A DNA stretch of 64,000 nucleotides from a virus. The stretch covers positions 1 to 64,000 of IMG/VR virus record IMGVR_UViG_3300020159_001932. One strand, 5' to 3'. The notes under the pieces were generated by a model that was given only the letters and a program-made list of their open reading frames with translations, searched no databases and was not told the DNA's origin. A program made the translations under genes and the position numbers. Positions 1-7,851 of this stretch are shown here, piece after piece (position 1 is the first letter of the stretch; each line of letters opens with the position of its first letter).

Positions 1-111
1 AGCATCGTAGATCTTATGCTCATGGCCGTGGTTGAACAATGCTATGACGGCATCAGCGAAATGGAAGCGGCCACCCAAGTGTTGCAAAAATACAACAAGA
101 AAAAAGGTTGA
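1..111 (+). CDS. 3' end of hypothetical early protein (partial, runs off window)
   Basis: Frame 1 is open from base 1 (SIVDLMLMAVVEQCYDGISEMEAATQVLQKYNKKKG) to TGA at 109-111, which overlaps the next -35 box. Confidence 0.6.
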   Translation, partial: SIVDLMLMAVVEQCYDGISEMEAATQVLQKYNKKKG

Positions 112-136
112 CCTTTTGGTAAAACCGCGTTATAAT
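108..136 (+). promoter_or_regulatory. Early sigma70-type promoter P1
   Basis: TTGACC (108-113), 17 nt spacer, TATAAT (131-136), followed by ACACAC. Confidence 0.85.
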
Positions 137-170
137 ACACACATACGCTAAACAACACGGAGCAAGACAA

Positions 171-482
171 ATGGCTAAACTCTTGATTACTACCCAAGTC
201 TACGAGAACTACGGTGCCCACGATTGGGACGGTGTTGGCGAGTGCCCACAGTACTGGAAAGCCAAAGGCGGCTCAGACTACGTGGTCAAGAAGATCAATG
301 TCAACAAGGTCACAGAGACTGTGATGGGTGTTCGCAGTCAGATTGAGTGCGACAACCAAGGCTTCCGCGAAACAATCATCGGCTGGGAAGTGGTTGCCAA
401 CGACTACCTCACAGACTTCGAGCGTTGCCAGTTGGAGTACGAAGGCGAGATCCGTTTCCCAGCCAAGGAACTTGCATGGTAA
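171..482 (+). CDS. Hypothetical early phage protein
   Basis: 103-aa ORF downstream of P1 with GGAG SD; ENYGAHDWDG...CPQYWKAKGG block. Confidence 0.8.
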   Translation: MAKLLITTQVYENYGAHDWDGVGECPQYWKAKGGSDYVVKKINVNKVTETVMGVRSQIECDNQGFRETIIGWEVVANDYLTDFERCQLEYEGEIRFPAKELAW

Positions 483-491
483 CCTTAGTGG

Positions 492-520
492 TTGACAGGG
501 CTTTGGTTTTACCGTATAAT
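492..520 (+). promoter_or_regulatory. Early sigma70-type promoter P2
   Basis: TTGACA (492-497), 17 nt, TATAAT (515-520), followed by ACACAC. Confidence 0.9.
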
Positions 521-552
521 ACACACATCAACAACGCACTAAGGAGCACACT

Positions 553-906
553 ATGACAGCAGTAGCAACACACATCACAGAGCAGTTGGTACAAGACGCT
601 ACCAACGAAGCCGCTCAACAAGCCCGCTCAGCGGCCAAAGCATTCCACGCCAAGCATGGCGATCGTGATGCTTGTGGCTTTGCTTGGGTCAACGTGTTTG
701 GCGTTCGCAGTAACAGCAAGTTGGGCAAGTGGCTGGCAGCCGCAGGCTTCCGCAAAGACTACACAGGTGCCTTGTGCTTGTGGAACCCCAGCGGCTTCCC
801 TACACAATCAATCAGCATTTTGGAAGCCGGCGCTGATGCCTACGCTCAAGTGTTGAAAGACAAGCTGGGCTTGGACAAGGTCTACGCCGGAAGCCGTTTG
901 GATTAA
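553..906 (+). CDS. Hypothetical early phage protein
   Basis: 117-aa ORF with AAGGAG SD downstream of P2. Confidence 0.8.
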   Translation: MTAVATHITEQLVQDATNEAAQQARSAAKAFHAKHGDRDACGFAWVNVFGVRSNSKLGKWLAAAGFRKDYTGALCLWNPSGFPTQSISILEAGADAYAQVLKDKLGLDKVYAGSRLD

Positions 907-913
907 TTAAATA

Positions 914-942
914 TTGACAGGGGCCCAGTGCCCCTGTATAAT
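914..942 (+). promoter_or_regulatory. Early sigma70-type promoter P3 with internal inverted repeat
   Basis: TTGACA (914-919), 17 nt, TATAAT (937-942), then ACACAC; ACAGGGGC-N5-GCCCCTGT at 917-937. Confidence 0.9.
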
Positions 943-974
943 ACACACTTCACTAACTTTTTCAAGGAAACAAA

Positions 975-1856
975 ATGGCTCGTACCACTGCCGCAAAGAA
1001 GCCCACTAAGGGCACCACCACTAGTCATGTCATTGAGTTTGACACTGATGCAATTCGTCGCAAAGAGCAGGCAATTGCCAAAGAAAGCGACGATACTATT
1101 CTGGGTCGTTTGACCGAGCGTTTTGACATCCTTACCGAAATGACCAAGGCAGTCAAACGCGGCGACATCCGTGCTATGATTGTCAGTGGCCCTCCTGGTG
1201 TGGGTAAGAGCCATAACGTCGAAGCAGTCTTGCAAAAGGACGGCTTGTTTGACACCTTGGGCGAGCGTAAGCCCAGGTTCGAAGTTGTCAAGGGTGCCAT
1301 GTCCAGCATTGGCCTGTACACCAAGCTCTACGAGTTCTCGGACGCTAAGAACGTACTAGTCTTTGATGACTGTGACGACATCCTGCAAGAGGAACTGAGC
1401 TTGAACATCCTTAAAGGTGCTTTGGATTCTAGCCAGCGCCGTTTCATCAGCTGGAACACGGACAGCCGTATCCTGCGTAGCGAAGGAGTTCCAGATCGCT
1501 TTGAGTTTAAAGGTAGTGCAATCTTTATTACCAACATCAAGTTCGAGCACGTTCGTAGCAAGAAGCTCCGTAGCCACTTGGATGCCCTGGAAAGCCGTTG
1601 CCACTACATGGACTTGGAAATGGACACCAGCCGCGAGAAGCTGTTGTGGATCCGCCAGATCACTAACCAAGGCATGCTGGACCACTTTGAGTTTGAGCCT
1701 GTGGTGCGTGAAGAGCTCCTGGACTTTATCGTTGAGAACCAGGACAGCCTGCGTGAGCTGAGTCTGCGTATGGTGCTAAAGGTAGCACAATTGCGTAAGG
1801 CCATGCCCATTGTTTGGAAAGCCTATGCTCGCCAAACTTGTATGAAGCGAGGTTAA
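975..1856 (+). CDS. AAA+-type P-loop ATPase
   Basis: Walker A GPPGVGKS, Walker B VLVFDDCD, sensor-1-like IFITN, Arg-finger-like ALESR; AAGGA SD. Confidence 0.85.
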   Translation: MARTTAAKKPTKGTTTSHVIEFDTDAIRRKEQAIAKESDDTILGRLTERFDILTEMTKAVKRGDIRAMIVSGPPGVGKSHNVEAVLQKDGLFDTLGERKPRFEVVKGAMSSIGLYTKLYEFSDAKNVLVFDDCDDILQEELSLNILKGALDSSQRRFISWNTDSRILRSEGVPDRFEFKGSAIFITNIKFEHVRSKKLRSHLDALESRCHYMDLEMDTSREKLLWIRQITNQGMLDHFEFEPVVREELLDFIVENQDSLRELSLRMVLKVAQLRKAMPIVWKAYARQTCMKRG

Positions 1857-1857
1857 T

Positions 1858-2088
1858 ATGCTCCTGCGTCTAACGCTATACGCTACATTGGGTCTAGTGT
1901 TAGACGCAGTCGGACAGGGCTTTGATACCTGGGGCTTTTGGTGTGTGGTAGGATTGTTCTGGGCCGCAGAGCATATTACCCGCACAGAACTCCTAGAGCA
2001 GATACACCGGGAAGTAGCCGAATGGCGGCGCCTGCACCCAGAACAAGCCCAGCAACTAGACAACAATAACAAGGACACAGATCAATGA
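1858..2088 (+). CDS. Small membrane protein
   Basis: 76 aa with two hydrophobic segments; tightly packed with neighbours (ATGA overlap at 3' end). Confidence 0.65.
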   Translation: MLLRLTLYATLGLVLDAVGQGFDTWGFWCVVGLFWAAEHITRTELLEQIHREVAEWRRLHPEQAQQLDNNNKDTDQ

Positions 2089-2351
2089 CAGCTACTAATC
2101 TACAAACAGGGTGCCAGTACTTGGGCACGGGCACAGAACCCTGCGGTGCCCTGACCTTAGAGGGCAGTAGCTACTGTGCAGAACACCACAGCCGGATCTA
2201 CCAAAAGGGCACAGCTAGACGCCGCAGGCACAAGGAGATCCGTACAGTGGATCGGGTTCGCATCATTGAGCAACTCATGAACGAAGCCGTAGCAGAGCTG
2301 GAAGCAGAAGGCTTTGATGTCTACAGTGAGAGGGAGTTGGTCATTGATTGA
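2085..2351 (+). CDS. Small Cys/His Zn-binding protein resembling the GcrA C-terminal domain
   Basis: CQYLG...CG.....GSSYCAEH...IYQ pattern; AAGGA SD. Confidence 0.55.
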   Translation: MTATNLQTGCQYLGTGTEPCGALTLEGSSYCAEHHSRIYQKGTARRRRHKEIRTVDRVRIIEQLMNEAVAELEAEGFDVYSERELVID

Positions 2352-2640
2352 CCGGTGGGGTCTGTGATCCCCTGTGGGGGTACGGGGGGTCACGCTACAA
2401 GCAAGTGTTGCAAAAAAGCAACAAGTGCATGCCAAAAGTTCTCAAAAATCCCAAAAAAATCTTCAAAAATTCCCACCAAAAAAACCTCGACTTAGAGTAA
2501 AACCCCCCTCCTAAATAAAACCAAAAACCGCTTTAATTTGCGCGGCAATTTTTTGGCTACTGTAGACCCCTCGGGCTGCTCCCGGGTCTGCAAAATTTTT
2601 TTTGCTAGATTTTTTAGCCGCTATATAGAATTCTGCCGGG
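2352..2640. other. Non-coding structured region: G-runs, phased A-tracts, hairpin
   Basis: G-runs 2357-2389; A-tracts ending at 2437, 2448, 2459, 2469; stem TGTAGACCC/GGGTCTGCA at about 2560-2592; T-tracts afterwards. Confidence 0.6.
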
Positions 2641-2655
2641 CGATAAATATCTGCA

Positions 2656-3015
2656 ATGTTACGTCGTTGGTTCATTGCTCTAGTCTGTTGCGCCACCATT
2701 GTTGGTTGTGCCACTGTGCCCACAGTAGAACAAGCAGCTTTGTTGGATGTTGCCACTACAGCAGTGGGTCTTGCTCACGGTGCAGCCGAGCTCAATCCTT
2801 TAGGTCCTGTAGCTGCCAGCTTGGTTAAACTGGTTTACATCGGTGGTCTAGTTGAAAGAACCGCTGACAGCGATAGGTTTATCACTGCACTATGGACTGG
2901 TGCCGCTGCCAACAACACAGTGTTTATTTTAACAGCTATTCCTGTGGCTGCAATTATATCTGGCTTTGCAGTGGGCTATTACGTCTACACACACCGCAGT
3001 CACCCGCCCTTTTAA
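2656..3015 (+). CDS. Putative lipoprotein / membrane protein
   Basis: MLRRW, hydrophobic stretch, IVG-C lipobox, further hydrophobic helices; TAAATA 6 nt before ATG. Confidence 0.6.
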   Translation: MLRRWFIALVCCATIVGCATVPTVEQAALLDVATTAVGLAHGAAELNPLGPVAASLVKLVYIGGLVERTADSDRFITALWTGAAANNTVFILTAIPVAAIISGFAVGYYVYTHRSHPPF

Positions 3016-3040
3016 GTTCGGATTCTGTAAATACGTGATT

Positions 3041-3295
3041 ATGCGTATGTTAGATGATCGTCCCATTGTACTACCATTCCTTGCTGTAGTACCCTGGCCC
3101 TACGTTGAGTATCAGGGCCAGCAGGACTGGATTTCCAGTTGTTACTGTGTGGAATCATGGTTAGATCAATGTGTAGGCGCACATCTTGTACGCTGGGCTT
3201 GGTCTATGTGGACTTTACATCAAAGTCACTTATGCGCTGTATCATTTGCCAGGGAATCGGATACTACCTTGTTCTTACTACGCTTTGGTCACTAG
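3041..3295 (+). CDS. Hypothetical Trp-rich small protein
   Basis: In frame with track ORF 2966..3295; start moved to ATG 3041 because TAAATA (3028-3033) lies 7 nt upstream. Confidence 0.6.
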   Translation: MRMLDDRPIVLPFLAVVPWPYVEYQGQQDWISSCYCVESWLDQCVGAHLVRWAWSMWTLHQSHLCAVSFARESDTTLFLLRFGH

Positions 3296-3404
3296 TAGTA
3301 TTATCTAGGGTGATAATGCCAGTTAAAAAATAGTTTTTACCGCTTTCTGCTGGCGCAGGCGCTTCGCGCTTCTGGGGCCGATCTAGTCGCTAAATATCTC
3401 AACT

Positions 3405-4151
3405 ATGATTGAACTATTAAAAAACAGCTGGCATGGACACACGCAGGATTCGGAGTTTTGTGGCCCGGATAGTCGTGAACTTTATCAAGCAAATCTACGC
3501 AGACTCGCTGAATCTTGGCCTTGGAGACATCAAAAGGTGCGTTACTCTTTAAACAGTCAGGGCTATCGTGCCGCTGAGTTTGACACCATTGATTGGAGCT
3601 CTAGTGTGCTCATGTTTGGTTGTAGCTACGTGTTTGGCTGTGGCATTGATGACAGTCAAACCATGGCTGCTAGGTTAAGTCAACGGTTAGGTAGACCTGT
3701 GATAAATCTTGGTGCCGGCGCCACTGATGACATGTTTCAATGGATTAACAGTAATAGACTTTACTCTGCGGGAGTTAGACCCTGGGCTGTGATCTATGTC
3801 TGGCCCGGTGTTAATAGACTCACAGAACTACGTGAAGACCTTGCGACCTGGAATTGGGGTGTGTGGAATTGTCACAGCGCCAATATCTCACAGCATTGGG
3901 TTACCAACGAAACACATGTCTGGCAGTATCTGGATTATCTAAGTATGAGCGTTCGCAACATGTGGCAGTGTCCGGTTTTAGAATACTACGCTTACATGAA
4001 TCGCCCGGACAGTCGCGGAACCATACAGGCCTGGGCACCTGTTCAGGATCAAGCCAGAGATCTACTGCCTTCGGGCACCTATCATCCTGGTCCTGAGACT
4101 AATCGCTACTGGGTCGACGAACTGTTACTGCCAGCTGTGTCTAAGATTTAA
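3405..4151 (+). CDS. SGNH/GDSL-like hydrolase (GCS variant)
   Basis: Block I FGCSYVFG, block II INLGAGA, C-terminal D...HPG. Confidence 0.55.
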   Translation: MIELLKNSWHGHTQDSEFCGPDSRELYQANLRRLAESWPWRHQKVRYSLNSQGYRAAEFDTIDWSSSVLMFGCSYVFGCGIDDSQTMAARLSQRLGRPVINLGAGATDDMFQWINSNRLYSAGVRPWAVIYVWPGVNRLTELREDLATWNWGVWNCHSANISQHWVTNETHVWQYLDYLSMSVRNMWQCPVLEYYAYMNRPDSRGTIQAWAPVQDQARDLLPSGTYHPGPETNRYWVDELLLPAVSKI

Positions 4152-4821
4152 AGCCCTGGCCCAGCCTGCGTCCACGATGTGTGCAGGCCACATCTTCGGC
4201 CCAGTAGCCCAAATGATCCACGGTCATGGCCAAGATTTTCCGGTGGCCTTCCTGCCATAGCCGGGTAAATTCCACGTCACACCAGTTACTGTCCCGACTG
4301 GGCTGATACAATCTTGGACGGTGATAAAGTTGAAAAAAGCCTATGATTTCTGGACCTTGGACGAAGTAGTTTCTGTGTATTTGACCCTGCTCATAATCTT
4401 GGTAGCTGGCATAGTCTAATCTTGCGGCCGGGCCATAGATGTAGTCCGGACAGAGATGCTGGGTTATGAGATCTCTACCACTGCGTATGAGTATGTCAGT
4501 GTCCATAACCAAATACCAGTGATCGGGCCACTGCTGATAGGCCTGTTGCTGTGCATGTCTAATAGCACCACCTTTGTCAAAATGGCGTACAGTGAATTCG
4601 CCGGGCCGTACTGGATCGGGCTCTTGATTTTGGAACTCCCAGTTGAGTACTGTGATTTTTTCCGAGTTCTGTTCTCTAATACACTGGTGTGTTAATAGAT
4701 CCTGGCTGCTGGTTACTATGTACCAATGGTCAAAGTACCTGAGATTGTTGGCCAGGGTATAGGGTAAAATATCGCTGTAGTTTGTACTAACAGTTATGGC
4801 TATTATTCGGTTATCAAGCAT
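4141..4821 (-). CDS. GT-A fold glycosyltransferase
   Basis: N-terminal IAITVS, FDKGGAI, DxD motif YLVMDTDI, late D.EF and HLG motifs. Confidence 0.65.
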   Translation of the reverse strand: MLDNRIIAITVSTNYSDILPYTLANNLRYFDHWYIVTSSQDLLTHQCIREQNSEKITVLNWEFQNQEPDPVRPGEFTVRHFDKGGAIRHAQQQAYQQWPDHWYLVMDTDILIRSGRDLITQHLCPDYIYGPAARLDYASYQDYEQGQIHRNYFVQGPEIIGFFQLYHRPRLYQPSRDSNWCDVEFTRLWQEGHRKILAMTVDHLGYWAEDVACTHRGRRLGQGFKS

Positions 4822-4889
4822 ATGTTTTCAAGTTTGTATGTGTATGTATCTTTCTAGCATTAAATACCCTGGGAGAATGATTATCTTAT

Positions 4890-5177
4890 ATGTTTGTTGG
4901 ATCTGATATTGTAAGGGTTTCTAGATTTGCTCACTGGCAAGATAACAAGGTTTTGCGTGTATTTGGGCCTGCTGTACTTGAACAGTGGCATGAACAGGGC
5001 TGTAGAACTAGTTACTTGGCCAGTCGTTGGGCTCTGGCAGAAAGCATATATAAGGCAGTCGGACTCTGGGAAATCTGTGTTAATAATGCACAAGGGAGGC
5101 CGCTAAGTCAACATTGTGCAGTCACTGTCACGCACGATGCTGATCTATGTTGGGCTCTAGCCATAGATAGACGCTAG
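4890..5177 (+). CDS. acpS: Short AcpS-like 4'-phosphopantetheinyl transferase
   Basis: VGSDIV, LASRWALAESIYKA (cf. AGRFAAKEA..KA), GRP and VTVTHD match the AcpS motif order; only 95 aa. Confidence 0.65.
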   Translation: MFVGSDIVRVSRFAHWQDNKVLRVFGPAVLEQWHEQGCRTSYLASRWALAESIYKAVGLWEICVNNAQGRPLSQHCAVTVTHDADLCWALAIDRR

Positions 5178-5179
5178 CC

Positions 5180-5211
5180 AAAAAAAAATGACCGCAACAG
5201 CGATCATTTTT
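5180..5211 (-). terminator. Intrinsic terminator between convergent genes
   Basis: Minus strand AAAAATGATCGC-TGTT-GCGGTCATTTTT followed by more T. Confidence 0.65.
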
Positions 5212-5230
5212 CTTAGAATTTATAAACTTA

Positions 5231-5464
5231 TTATACAGCTTCGCCGACAATTTCTACACGTGAACTGTGTATCCAAATACCATCATTGGCAATTGCAAAT
5301 CCAAATTCCAGGTCCACTCCTGGTTTGACTGTTGCTGGAACTGACAACGGCAAAGGCGGTGTTTCCAGCCAAATTTGACCGTATGCAGATTCATAGGTTG
5401 CGTGTTCAGTGTCAGAGTACTCTGAATAATCATCGGATTCGTAGATTCTTACCAATAGTGACAT
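5231..5464 (-). CDS. Hypothetical acidic protein
   Basis: 77 aa from ATG 5464 with GGAGA SD; followed by terminator. Confidence 0.6.
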   Translation of the reverse strand: MSLLVRIYESDDYSEYSDTEHATYESAYGQIWLETPPLPLSVPATVKPGVDLEFGFAIANDGIWIHSSRVEIVGEAV

Positions 5465-5593
5465 GTTTTTCTCCAATAAAAGAAAATTGATATTTCTTTG
5501 TTTTATTTATTAAAAAATTTAAGAAAATATACTCGCAAAGTCATTGAATTTTATCTATAATTAGATAATTAAGGTTATACTCCTAAGGATATT

Positions 5594-6040
5594 ATGCTAC
5601 ATGTCATCAACACACTCTCAGACCCACTAATAAACCTACTAGCCGACGATCCTGTTAGGCCAGAAATTCCTGTTGACTTTCGCATTTCTTCTACCTCTGA
5701 AATATTTGTATTACAGCATAATGAAACTGCCGAACCTGAAGCAGTGGTATGTTGTGCCTACAGAGATCTAGTACCTGCAGATATACTTGAACTTGCACGT
5801 GATCCTGCTGATCACCCTACAGTGGCCGTATTCTATACTATTTGGAGTTATCGTCCAGGCGCAGGGCGTAAACTTATACGTGCCGCTGCCGCGTGGATTC
5901 GCAAACACAGACCTGAGATATCAGAGTTTGTAACATTGAGCCCGCCTACAGAAATGGCCAGAACTTTCCATCTAAGAAACGGTGCTCGAGAGCTACGTGT
6001 TAACGGGGATACCGTTAACTACCTTTACTCAATCGAATAA
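5594..6040 (+). CDS. GNAT-fold protein resembling the malonyl-CoA decarboxylase catalytic domain
   Basis: AVFYTIWS, GAGRKLI (CoA pyrophosphate-loop-like) and EFVTLSP; AAGGA SD. Confidence 0.55.
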   Translation: MLHVINTLSDPLINLLADDPVRPEIPVDFRISSTSEIFVLQHNETAEPEAVVCCAYRDLVPADILELARDPADHPTVAVFYTIWSYRPGAGRKLIRAAAAWIRKHRPEISEFVTLSPPTEMARTFHLRNGARELRVNGDTVNYLYSIE

Positions 6041-6568
6041 GTAAAGTTCATTGGTACTTACAAAAAGAGCATCTAACTCTTTGATAGCTTGCTCGTAGTC
6101 GTTTTTGTGTACCTGTACAGCAGTACCGCCGGCTTCTCTCCACTCTTGGCAATTGCTGGTACGATCATCAACTAGGATGTCACCAGGCTGACAATGATGT
6201 TTTTTGTCGTGACTGTATGGCCCGAAGTGTACACGAAACCCAGGATAATGTTCATTGATCCAGTCAATTTTGTCGTGGAATGCTTCGTGCATGTCGTTGC
6301 CTGATGGTATAGCTGATAGTATTCGTATACGCCAATCAGGAAAATCTAAAAATTGTCGGGCAACATGAACAAGCTCATCGGCTAAAGGCATTTTTGGTAG
6401 ATGTCTGTAAAAGTGATCTTGTTCTGCAAGTTGTTGCCAGTGATGATTAGACCATCGTCCTCTTTGGGCAGCTTCTTCGTGTTCTTGCTGGCTAGCTTGA
6501 ATAAATTGTCGTGCGGCGGTGTTGAAATCTGCTAGAACACCGTCCATGTCTAGATATAATGTTGGCAT
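6029..6568 (-). CDS. HAD-family 5'(3')-deoxyribonucleotidase (NT5C-like)
   Basis: LYLDMDGVLADF, ILSA, K..W, ILVDDR..N..W...GG motifs. Confidence 0.85.
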   Translation of the reverse strand: MPTLYLDMDGVLADFNTAARQFIQASQQEHEEAAQRGRWSNHHWQQLAEQDHFYRHLPKMPLADELVHVARQFLDFPDWRIRILSAIPSGNDMHEAFHDKIDWINEHYPGFRVHFGPYSHDKKHHCQPGDILVDDRTSNCQEWREAGGTAVQVHKNDYEQAIKELDALFVSTNELYLFD

Positions 6569-6571
6569 AGT

Positions 6572-7264
6572 TTAAATACTTAGTTGTCTATCGTGTAGTC
6601 GGTCTATAAGTATGGAGATGCCTTTTATGGTGTCATCATTGCGTAGGCTTTTATAAACTAGATTAGGTATACTAAATTCACCGGCAGCAGTTTTTAATCC
6701 CATCTTTCTGTAACTACGTAATAATTTTACAGCATTTCTACAAGTTTGTAAATCACCAGTTTTTACAGCGTTACGTAAAACTTTTCTCCAAATTTCTACC
6801 CAATGGGCTAACTCTTGCTCGTTAAATTTTGGAAGATTAGGACTAGGTTTTTTAACCCATTGATCGTGCATAATACTAAAGCTACCTGCACTGGTTGCAG
6901 GAAGTCTATGATCTTCGATGTATAGTTCAACAGGAATGTTGTGAATACTTAGATCATACTGACGTTTATAAAGTAACCTTTTTGTATCAAATAATTCTGC
7001 AACCTCTCGGTCACAATCAATGCTATCAAAGTCAGCAATTAAATGAAGATCAATATCACTGTGTTCTGTATAATTGTAATTAACATTTCCGCCAGTTATA
7101 ACAACGTCTAGAACATCAAACGGCACTCCAACAAACTCTTTAAAGTCTTCAGCCATACGCATTAGTGCGCCTTTTACCTCGCCTTTAAGTCTGTCATTGT
7201 CCCACAAACTAGGGTTTAGTGTTGTATTATATTTTACAGGATCTGCGTAGTCTTTTTGATTCAT
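6572..7264 (-). CDS. Pol-beta superfamily nucleotidyltransferase
   Basis: VVITGGNVNYNY...SDIDLH and third acidic residue in PVELYIE; ATG 7264 is 7 nt after TAAATA. Confidence 0.75.
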   Translation of the reverse strand: MNQKDYADPVKYNTTLNPSLWDNDRLKGEVKGALMRMAEDFKEFVGVPFDVLDVVITGGNVNYNYTEHSDIDLHLIADFDSIDCDREVAELFDTKRLLYKRQYDLSIHNIPVELYIEDHRLPATSAGSFSIMHDQWVKKPSPNLPKFNEQELAHWVEIWRKVLRNAVKTGDLQTCRNAVKLLRSYRKMGLKTAAGEFSIPNLVYKSLRNDDTIKGISILIDRLHDRQLSI

Positions 7265-7271
7265 AACCAAT

Positions 7272-7288
7272 TATTTATGCGGTAAATA
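7272..7288. promoter_or_regulatory. Back-to-back late-type promoters (TAAATA)
   Basis: TAAATA on minus (7277-7272) and plus (7283-7288) between divergent genes. Confidence 0.7.
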
Positions 7289-7296
7289 GTTTAGAT

Positions 7297-7851
7297 ATGA
7301 CTAAGAAAAAATACCCAGGTTATCTATTGTTAGCCAACCCTAACAATCCTAGAGATGAGTTAAGTAAAAGTGTGCTACTGATAGTTACCCATACAAATAA
7401 CCTAGCCATTGGATTACAAATTAATAATCCCTTAGAAGATATTGATTTGCAAACAGTGGCAGAAAATATAGGCATGGAGTACCCTTTTAATGATCCGTTA
7501 TTTTATGGCGGAAACATTGCACAAAATAAAATCCATGTGGTACACAGCCTTGATTGGCGAGGTATGAGCACTGTAAAGTTAAACGATCAATTAGCTGTAA
7601 CTAATGACATAAGTGTTCTTGCAGCTATTAGCCAAGGAGAAGGTCCTAAGTTTTATCGTGCTTGTGCAGGATATTGGTTATGGGAAGAAGGCAGACTTGA
7701 TCATCAGCTAGATCCCAAAACTAGGGATGAGCCACACAAATGGGAAATTTCGCCAGCTACTATAGAAAATGTGTTTTCTGGCGAAGGTCCTGATCAATGG
7801 CGTAATGCCATTGACGAGGCTGCAAAGTTTCAAATTAATGCTTGGTTTTAA
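7297..7851 (+). CDS. yqgE: YqgE/AlgH (DUF179) family protein
   Basis: GYLLLANP, SVLLIVTH...AIGLQIN.P, LFYGG, VVHS, GYWLW..G.L follow the YqgE/AlgH motif order. Confidence 0.75.
   Translation: MTKKKYPGYLLLANPNNPRDELSKSVLLIVTHTNNLAIGLQINNPLEDIDLQTVAENIGMEYPFNDPLFYGGNIAQNKIHVVHSLDWRGMSTVKLNDQLAVTNDISVLAAISQGEGPKFYRACAGYWLWEEGRLDHQLDPKTRDEPHKWEISPATIENVFSGEGPDQWRNAIDEAAKFQINAWF

Noticed and set aside
2511-2828. Track ORFs 2511..2756 (-) and 2538..2828 (+)
   Set aside because: They cross the low-complexity structured region and overlap the better-supported 2656..3015 gene; no SD or motif support.
3335-3385. GC-rich intergenic patch (GCGCTTCGCGC) as a tRNA or ncRNA
   Set aside because: It is too short, with no cloverleaf or T-loop motif and only a 4-bp stem.
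6029-6568. HAD protein as the missing GmhB heptose bisphosphate phosphatase
   Set aside because: Its motifs (DMDGVLADF, ILVDDR) fit NT5C-type nucleotidases, not GmhB (DRDGT/V, CxH, RKP).
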